A DNA stretch of 56,923 nucleotides. Source: Patescibacteria group bacterium (GTDB taxonomy: Bacteria; Patescibacteriota; Patescibacteriia; UBA2196; GWA2-42-15). The DNA lies in contig JAKLID010000001.1 of NCBI GenBank assembly GCA_022709795.1, forward strand, positions 1 to 56,923, read 5' to 3'. The notes beneath the pieces are model-generated. The model had not been told where the DNA came from. It made no database searches and worked only from the letters and a program-made list of their open reading frames with translations. Below, one piece after another: positions 26,506-33,273 of the stretch. The position numbers and the translations under genes are program-made. The first letter of the stretch is position 1; each line of letters starts with the position of its first letter.

Positions 26506-27945
26506 ATGAGATTAGCTAGTAAAATCGCTTTAAATACCATTATTCATACGGCTGGGAAGTTTGGCGCGTCAATCGTGGGACTTTTGATCGTGGCAATTTT
26601 GGCCAGGTATTTGGGGGTGGCGGGCTATGGCCAGTACACTACGGTTTTTTCTTATCTTTTCTTTTTCGCGGTGCTGTCGGATCTGGGGTTGTATGTGGTG
26701 GTGGTCAATGAATTGAAACGCAGTCGGTTTGGCGAGGAAAAATTTTTGAATAATATTTTTACTCTGCGAGCGGTGTCGGCGACAGTGATGATGGTTTTGG
26801 CTTCTGGATTAGTGTGGTTTTTCCCTTATGATGGTCTGGTCAAATTGGGTGTAGTGGTGGCCGCGGTGTCTATTTGGTTGAGTCTCTTGGACCAGATCAT
26901 GGTGGCCTTTTTTCAAAATCGGGCCGAGATGAAAAGGGTGGCCGTGGCCGAGATTGTAGGTAAGGTGGTGACTTTGATTTTGGTAATAATCGCGGTGCAG
27001 GCGCGAATGAATCTGATCGTGGTCTTGGTCGTGGCGGTCATTGGCGGCCTGGTCAATTGTGGCATAAATTTTAGTTATTTACTCAAATTTACTAAAATTA
27101 AATTGGCTTTTGATAAAGTTGTGTGGCGAGAAATTTTTCATTTATCGTGGCCAGTAGCATTGACCTCGGTTTTTTCTTTGATTTATTTCAAAGCCGATAC
27201 CTTGCTCCTGTCGGTGTTGCCGGCGAATGAAATTTATGCCGCGACGCAAAATGAGACAGTGGGGATTTATGGCGCGCCGTATAAAATATTAGAAGTATTG
27301 ATTGCTTGGCCGGCGATTTTTATGGGGCTGGTGTCGCCGGTGTTGTCTCGGGCGGCCGGAGAGGCAAGGTGGGAAGATTTCAAACGGGTATTTAAAAGGG
27401 CGATGTCTGGACTTTTGATGATTGCGCTGCCCATGATTGTCGGGGCAATAATCGTAGCCAAGCCATTGATGGTACTCGTGGCGGGACAGGAGTTCGCGCG
27501 GTCAGCGCCGATTTTGCAGATTTTGATTTGGGCGACAGCGATAATATTTTTGAGTCACCTGACGACCTATGCTTTGATTGCACTGGGTAAACAAAAAAAG
27601 ATGATCGGCTATTATCTGGTGGCGGCCGTGGGCGCGGTGATCGGCTATTTGATTTTGATACCCAAGTACAGTTATTTTGGCGCGGCGGGGATGACCGTAG
27701 GGGTGGAATTATTTATGCTGATGGCGACTTTGGTATTACTCCGAAAAAATGTGGCCGTAGGGCTGGACTGGAAATTACTCGGCAAAATAATGGTGGCGAC
27801 AGGGGTGATGGGAATGACTTTAATGGTAGCGGGTGGTATTAATGTGGTGATACAGATTGTTATTGGCGCGATAGTATATGTGGGGGTGTTATATGGGTTG
27901 AAAGGAGTGGATAAGGAGATGGTGAGAGAAATGTTAGGAAGGTAG
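26506..27945 (+). CDS. MOP-superfamily polysaccharide/lipid-linked oligosaccharide flippase (Wzx/MurJ-like)
   Basis: A ~480-aa polytopic membrane protein with the N-terminus ASKIALNTIIHTAGKFGASIVGLLIVAILARYLGVAGYGQY, typical of the polysaccharide biosynthesis protein family. Confidence 0.8.
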   Translation: MRLASKIALNTIIHTAGKFGASIVGLLIVAILARYLGVAGYGQYTTVFSYLFFFAVLSDLGLYVVVVNELKRSRFGEEKFLNNIFTLRAVSATVMMVLASGLVWFFPYDGLVKLGVVVAAVSIWLSLLDQIMVAFFQNRAEMKRVAVAEIVGKVVTLILVIIAVQARMNLIVVLVVAVIGGLVNCGINFSYLLKFTKIKLAFDKVVWREIFHLSWPVALTSVFSLIYFKADTLLLSVLPANEIYAATQNETVGIYGAPYKILEVLIAWPAIFMGLVSPVLSRAAGEARWEDFKRVFKRAMSGLLMIALPMIVGAIIVAKPLMVLVAGQEFARSAPILQILIWATAIIFLSHLTTYALIALGKQKKMIGYYLVAAVGAVIGYLILIPKYSYFGAAGMTVGVELFMLMATLVLLRKNVAVGLDWKLLGKIMVATGVMGMTLMVAGGINVVIQIVIGAIVYVGVLYGLKGVDKEMVREMLGR

Positions 27946-28067
27946 GGCAGTAGGTTGGTAGGGGAGTAATGATATAGACAAGTGGGAGTGAGGGGTTTGT
28001 GTCTTTCTAAAATTTCTAATTCCTAATTCCTAATTTCTAATAAAATCTCAAATCCAAAATTCAAATT

Positions 28068-28186
28068 GTCATTCTCGGACTTGGCCGTGCGAACGGCCAA
28101 GATCCGGGAATCCAGACCTTGTTATTTTAATAAATTCTTTTCTTCTTGCTTTTTATTTCTGGATCCCCGGGTCGCCCGAGGATGAC
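28068..28186. repeat. MITE-like inverted-repeat element upstream of the O-antigen-ligase-like gene
   Basis: The left arm is GTCATTCTCGGAC[TTGGCCGTGCGAACGGCCAAG]ATCCGGGAATCCAGA. The reverse complement of the right arm is GTCATCCTCGGGCGACCCGGGGATCCAGA. The arms flank an AT-rich core. Confidence 0.5.
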
Positions 28187-28216
28187 AGGGGGAAGAGTAT
28201 GACCAATAAGTAAAAT

Positions 28217-29587
28217 ATGTTTTATACTATTTTAATAATTTTATATTTTCTAGGGTTTGGGTTTTTGGCGTGGCGGAAAATGGAGTGGGCTATTTATGCG
28301 GTGGTATTTGGATTGCCGAGTTATTTGATCCGATTTAATGTCGGGCCATTGCCGATGACGGTGTTGGAGGGGATGATCTTGATTTCATTTGGGGCGTGGT
28401 TGGTAAAATCATTTAAACATTTTAACATTTTAGCATTTAAACAATTTAGTTTTAGAAAATTAAAACAATGGACAGAAAAATGGAAAGGACTCTTGGGGCC
28501 GATAATTTTGTTTTTACTGGCAGGATCAATGGCGGTCATGGTAGCGCCGGACACACGGGTGGCGATGGGATTGTGGAAAGCGTATTTTATTGAGCCGATT
28601 TTATTTTTTATAGTTTTTGTTTCGGTGGTCAGAAAAGATGATCTAAAAAATATTGTTTGGGCGTTGGCGGGATCGAGTTTGGTGGTGAGTGTGGTAGCGG
28701 TTTATCAAAAGATAACAGGGGAGTTGATTGCTAATGATTTTTGGGCGGCAGAAGCGACGAGGCGGGTGAGCGGGGTGTTCCCGTATCCGAATGCGCTGGC
28801 GTTGTATTTGGGGCCGATCGTGGTGTTGTTGATAGGGTTATTAGCAATATTAATTAGTGGTTATAAAAAGCAGAAACAAGAATACAAGAATACAACCCGC
28901 CTGCCGGCGAGGCAGGAAACACAAGAATATATAAAAATTGTAATATTGACGTTGATCATTGTAGTAAATTTGTTGGCAATATATTGGAGCGGGTCGAAGG
29001 GGGCGATGCTCGGGATAGCGGCGGGAATATTTTTTTATGCTCTGTTTTGGGCGGGTAAGAGAAAATATTTTTGGCCGGTGGTGGTGGTCGGGATTTTACT
29101 GGCGGGTTGGTTGTGGCAGAGCGGGCGGATAAATCTGAAGGGGAATTATAGCGTGGAGGGCGGAGATTCAGTCAGTGTGAGGAGTGAGATGTGGCAGGAG
29201 AGCTGGCAGATGATAAAAGATCATTATATTTTGGGCGCCGGACTCGGCGGTTATCAGGAGGCCATGGTTGGCTACCACAAAAAAGAATATATTGAGATTT
29301 ACCTTTATCCGCATAATATTTTTCTGAACTTTTGGAGCGAGATAGGATTATTGGGATTATTGGCGTTTATCGTGATTATTGTTTGGTATTATTGGAGAGG
29401 GCTGGCTCATGCCAAGAGCGGTGGTAAAGAGATAAAAGTGATTTTAATGGCAGCCATGACGGCAATAATAATTCATGGTTTGGTGGACGTGCCATATTTT
29501 AAAAATGATTTAAGTGTGTTTTTTTGGCTAATGATCGGGCTGATGTTCATAGTAAATATTGGCCAAAAAAGCCAAGACGGGGTATAA
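28217..29587 (+). CDS. O-antigen ligase/polymerase-like (Wzy_C family) membrane protein
   Basis: A ~12-TM protein with a central SGSKGAMLGIAAGIFFYALF loop-helix region typical of O-antigen ligase-like proteins. Contains an in-frame low-complexity insertion at 28866-28930. Confidence 0.75.
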   Translation: MFYTILIILYFLGFGFLAWRKMEWAIYAVVFGLPSYLIRFNVGPLPMTVLEGMILISFGAWLVKSFKHFNILAFKQFSFRKLKQWTEKWKGLLGPIILFLLAGSMAVMVAPDTRVAMGLWKAYFIEPILFFIVFVSVVRKDDLKNIVWALAGSSLVVSVVAVYQKITGELIANDFWAAEATRRVSGVFPYPNALALYLGPIVVLLIGLLAILISGYKKQKQEYKNTTRLPARQETQEYIKIVILTLIIVVNLLAIYWSGSKGAMLGIAAGIFFYALFWAGKRKYFWPVVVVGILLAGWLWQSGRINLKGNYSVEGGDSVSVRSEMWQESWQMIKDHYILGAGLGGYQEAMVGYHKKEYIEIYLYPHNIFLNFWSEIGLLGLLAFIVIIVWYYWRGLAHAKSGGKEIKVILMAAMTAIIIHGLVDVPYFKNDLSVFFWLMIGLMFIVNIGQKSQDGV

Positions 29588-29629
29588 TATAATCAAGAAA
29601 ACAATAAAGCAAAAAATCAAAATAACAAT

Positions 29630-31702
29630 ATGGTAAATAGTGATCACATACAAAAACAATTAAATGATTTGTTGGATAATGGCGATGATGGATCGGAAGA
29701 CGATGTTTTTTTGGCCGAGGATCTACATGCCGGGCAGACAATAGTCCCGCAACCACAAAAAAATGAGCCGATCATCCAACCAACAAAAAAAGAAGAAGAA
29801 CCAGCGCCGTTGTATGAAAGAGAGATGGCTGATTTGCTGCCGCCAGAACCAGTCGAGGTAGACAAAGTAAAGACAGCAGAAGGGGGAGATTTGCCAGAAG
29901 AAAAATTGACAAAAGAACTGCCAGACAGAGCCGAGGAGGCGATAAATACAACAGAACAAGCGGCGGATAAAGAACAAAAAGAAGAGAGGAGTGAAGAGAC
30001 AAACAAGGCTAAGGATTTTGTGCGCAGCAGTTTCAACTTTTTGGATAAAAGCCAGGGCGAACTCAATGAAAAAATCAAGGCGATTGAGAATGAGCGCAAA
30101 GAAAACGGCATAAAGATGCAAGCAATGAATTTGGGATTGGGTTATATTAATCTCAAGGGCTTGCCAATCATGCCGGAAGTTTTGAAATTAATTGATGAGG
30201 AAGAAGCTAAGAAGGCGAGAATAATTTGTTTTTTATATAGAAAAGGAGAGGAAATCCGGTTGGCGACGAGCGAGATGACAGCGGCAGTAGAACAGACAGT
30301 GGGCAATCTGCAGGCAGAATATCCAGAGGTCAGAATAGGCGTTTATTTGACCAGCGAGGAGAGTATGGAGGCAGCCCTAAAATTGTATTCTTCGTTACCC
30401 AGACGAGTGGCAAGAATCAACGACATAGAGGTTTTGGAGAAAGAGATAGCAGACTCTAGTTTAGAAATGGAGGATATAAAAGAGGTGCAGGACAAGGTCG
30501 GTCAGGCTTCCACTACGGAGATATTGGGGATTTTGGTGATGGCGGCGACGAGGATTGAAGCGAGTGATATTCATATCGAGGCGGAAGAGGAGGGAGTGAA
30601 AGTCCGTTTTCGTATTGACGGGGTTTTGCATGACGTGGCGATGCTCCGAAAAGAAGCTTGGAGTAATTTGGTGGCCAGAATAAAACTGAATGCGGGACTG
30701 AAAATAAATATTCAGGACCGGCCGCAAGATGGTAATTTTACCTTGAACGTGCAGGGCAAGTCGATTGACTTTCGTGTTTCCATGCTGCCAACTAATTATG
30801 GCGAGAGCGTGGTAATCAGAATTTTGTTTCATGACAAAATCCGCAAGATGAATTTGAACAATTTGGGGATTGATGATTACAATTTCGCGATAGTGGAAAA
30901 AGAAATTGCCAAGCCCAACGGACTTTTGGTGATCACTGGTCCGACTGGATCTGGTAAAACAACTACGTTGTATTCAATTTTAAACAAACTGAACACGGCG
31001 GATAATAAGATAATCACCGTGGAAGACCCAATCGAATATAAACTGGAGGGAATCAATCAATCGGAAGTAAAGGAGGATAAGGGTTATACTTTTGCCAAAG
31101 CCCTGAGGTCTATCGTGCGTCAAGATCCGGACATCTTGCTCGTGGGTGAAATCCGTGATCAGGAGACGGTAGAAATAGTTTTAAACGCGGCTTTGACGGG
31201 GCATCTGGTACTTTCCACAATTCATGCCAACAGCGCGGCCGGAGTGATCCCGAGATTTATGGCCTTGGGAGCCAAGCCGTATTTATTATCACCATCGATC
31301 AATGTTTCTATTGCGCAGAGATTGGTCCGCAGGGTCTGCAATTTTTGTAAGCAGCCAGTAGTTTTGGACGACAAAGAAAAAGAGCGGGTGGCTCAAGAGA
31401 TGGGGTCTTTGCCGGAGAAGCGCAAGCAGATGGTTGGGATGACGGAATTCAATAATCCGGTTTTTTATAAAGGCCAGGGGTGCAAAGAATGTTCCGGGCT
31501 GGGGTATAAGGGGCAGGTGGGGATATTTGAAATTTTACAAATTACCGATGAGCTGAAACAAATGATCCTTGATGGGGATGTTTCAGAGCAACAGATAAGA
31601 CAGGCGGCGATCAAGAATGGCATAGTAACTTTGGCCCAGGATGGGATATTGAAAGCGATGCAGGGGATCACTAGCTTGGAAGAAGTCTTTAGGGTGACCT
31701 AG
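29630..31702 (+). CDS. GspE/PilB-family type II/IV secretion (type IV pilus assembly) ATPase with acidic N-terminal extension
   Basis: Walker A VITGPTGSGKTTTLYS, Asp box, Walker B DILLVGEIRD, His box LVLSTIHAN, and the tetracysteine CNFCK...CKECSGLGYKG. Confidence 0.9.
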   Translation: MVNSDHIQKQLNDLLDNGDDGSEDDVFLAEDLHAGQTIVPQPQKNEPIIQPTKKEEEPAPLYEREMADLLPPEPVEVDKVKTAEGGDLPEEKLTKELPDRAEEAINTTEQAADKEQKEERSEETNKAKDFVRSSFNFLDKSQGELNEKIKAIENERKENGIKMQAMNLGLGYINLKGLPIMPEVLKLIDEEEAKKARIICFLYRKGEEIRLATSEMTAAVEQTVGNLQAEYPEVRIGVYLTSEESMEAALKLYSSLPRRVARINDIEVLEKEIADSSLEMEDIKEVQDKVGQASTTEILGILVMAATRIEASDIHIEAEEEGVKVRFRIDGVLHDVAMLRKEAWSNLVARIKLNAGLKINIQDRPQDGNFTLNVQGKSIDFRVSMLPTNYGESVVIRILFHDKIRKMNLNNLGIDDYNFAIVEKEIAKPNGLLVITGPTGSGKTTTLYSILNKLNTADNKIITVEDPIEYKLEGINQSEVKEDKGYTFAKALRSIVRQDPDILLVGEIRDQETVEIVLNAALTGHLVLSTIHANSAAGVIPRFMALGAKPYLLSPSINVSIAQRLVRRVCNFCKQPVVLDDKEKERVAQEMGSLPEKRKQMVGMTEFNNPVFYKGQGCKECSGLGYKGQVGIFEILQITDELKQMILDGDVSEQQIRQAAIKNGIVTLAQDGILKAMQGITSLEEVFRVT

Positions 31703-31737
31703 AGACAGCAAACAACAGACAATAAACAACAAATAAT

Positions 31738-31763
31738 AAAGTCCCACTAGCGTGGGACTTTTA
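31738..31763. terminator. Bidirectional intrinsic terminator
   Basis: AAAGTCCCAC-TAGC-GTGGGACTTTT between the convergent pilB-like and M23 genes. Confidence 0.65.
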
Positions 31764-31791
31764 TATATTATTATTTTGAGAGAAAGAAAAA

Positions 31792-33105
31792 TTAGAGATA
31801 GCTAAGAGGATTCACTTTGACGCCATTAATTTTAAGCTCCAGATGAATGTGCGGGCCGGTGGAATAGCCGGTAGAACCGACCTCACCCAAGACTTCGCCC
31901 GCACTGACCTGATCACCGACCTTGACATACAGTTTTCGCGAATGACCATAGCGAGTTTTGACGCCATTGCCATGGTCAACAATAATATTGTAGCCATAAC
32001 CACTGCTCCAGCCAGCAAGCTCGACGCGACCACTATCCAGAGCATAGATGGGTGTACCAGCTTTGGCGCCGATATCGATGGCTTGGTGGCGCCAGCTATA
32101 ATATTGAGTGAGGCGACGCGAAGTGCTGGGCCAGATAAATTTGCCATTGGCGGCGGTGGTGGGTTTGGCAAAAACACTTTTTGTTGAGCCAGACCGCTGA
32201 GCCACGACAGTTTGGCCGGTGAGGGGCTTGGCATCAGGGATGATGAGCTTTTGACTGATTTTTATAGCGGCATTGGCGTCGAGATCGTTGAAGGATAAAA
32301 TTTTGTCCGCGCTAATATTAAATTTTCTAGCAATACTGCCAACGGTGTCGCCGCGTTTGACTGTGTAGGAGAGGCCATTGATCGGTAGAATAGTCAATTT
32401 GTCGCCTGGGCGAAGGTAGCTTTTCAGGGTGAGATTATTTTCCCAGAGCAGGGTATTGATGGAGAGACCAAATTTGGCAGCGATGGTGCTGAGGGTGTCA
32501 CCAGATTGGACTTCATAGGTTTGGACAGAATTGGATTGACCTTGACTAGCGGTAGTTCCGGGCGCGGCAAAAGGAGAGGTATTTGGTTCGATTAAGGCTT
32601 CGCCTGATTGGGAGAGCAGAGCCAGATTGTCAGCAGTCGGAGTGGCAGAAGTAGTAATATTATTTTTTTTGGTTTCCAGGGCACAGAGCTGGCCGATGAT
32701 TGTTTCCGAGGAGGGGTTTTTGCTATTGAAAAGCGGGCGTTCAACAATTTCTTCGGCCGTGTCAGAAATAAAAATTTTGGCCAGTACACTGTCTTTATTA
32801 AATTCTTCGGCATAGGTAGAGCGAGTAGAAAAATTGTTGAAGATAATCAAAATAAAAATAACAAGAAGAATAGAGGGAACTAAATATTTTTGACGAAAGT
32901 TTCGTGGGAAAGATGGCGATTGGTCAGCGGCAGGCGATCCAAAAAAAGTTTTAATAGCTTGTTTTTTGGCAAACAAAAAAACCTTGTAGACAGGGACAAG
33001 GAATCGCTTGAAAAATATTTGCCACAAATTTTTACCAAGCCCAGAGGTTATTTTGAGGGTAACCCGGGAGACAAGGGAAACAAGTTGGTTTAAAATTTTT
33101 AGCAT
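31792..33105 (-). CDS. LysM-domain M23 family metallopeptidase
   Basis: Two LysM repeats (YEVQSGDTLSTIAAKFGLSINTLLWENNL; YTVKRGDTVGSIARKFNISADKILSFNDL). M23 motifs HQAIDIGAKAGTPIYA and GSTGYSTGPHIHLEL. The ATG at 33105 is preferred; a TTG at 33222 would extend the ORF. Confidence 0.85.
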   Translation of the reverse strand: MLKILNQLVSLVSRVTLKITSGLGKNLWQIFFKRFLVPVYKVFLFAKKQAIKTFFGSPAADQSPSFPRNFRQKYLVPSILLVIFILIIFNNFSTRSTYAEEFNKDSVLAKIFISDTAEEIVERPLFNSKNPSSETIIGQLCALETKKNNITTSATPTADNLALLSQSGEALIEPNTSPFAAPGTTASQGQSNSVQTYEVQSGDTLSTIAAKFGLSINTLLWENNLTLKSYLRPGDKLTILPINGLSYTVKRGDTVGSIARKFNISADKILSFNDLDANAAIKISQKLIIPDAKPLTGQTVVAQRSGSTKSVFAKPTTAANGKFIWPSTSRRLTQYYSWRHQAIDIGAKAGTPIYALDSGRVELAGWSSGYGYNIIVDHGNGVKTRYGHSRKLYVKVGDQVSAGEVLGEVGSTGYSTGPHIHLELKINGVKVNPLSYL

Positions 33106-33273
33106 AAAAATTAACAAATTGGTAGCCAATTCGTTGCTATTTAGAGTATCAAAAAAGAGCGATTTAGTAAAGCTCGGACAATTTGATTTTGAGAGAAGAA
33201 AGTGATAAGATAGGAATAACAATAAAGCAAAAAATTTAGAAATCAGATATCAGAAATTAGAAACTAGAAACAT

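Noticed and set aside
28007-28067. Word-repeat tracts (also 15261-15292, 35057-35090, 35719-35782 and the 23S insertions) as possible CRISPR arrays.
   Set aside because: The units are 5-10 nt words in tandem without unique spacers. There is no ~25-40 nt repeat/spacer periodicity and no cas genes.
29644-30121. Minus-strand ORFs of 76-155 aa opposite the 5' part of the GspE/PilB gene.
   Set aside because: They are antisense to a Glu/Lys-rich, purine-rich coding tract and give Ser/Leu/Phe-rich nonsense. They have no start context.
31812-32234. Overlapping alternative-frame ORFs (31812-32234 minus strand, 31843-32187 plus strand) within the M23 peptidase gene.
   Set aside because: The annotated frame carries clear LysM and M23 motifs. 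The alternatives are Ala/Pro/Gly-rich frame artefacts of a locally GC-richer segment.
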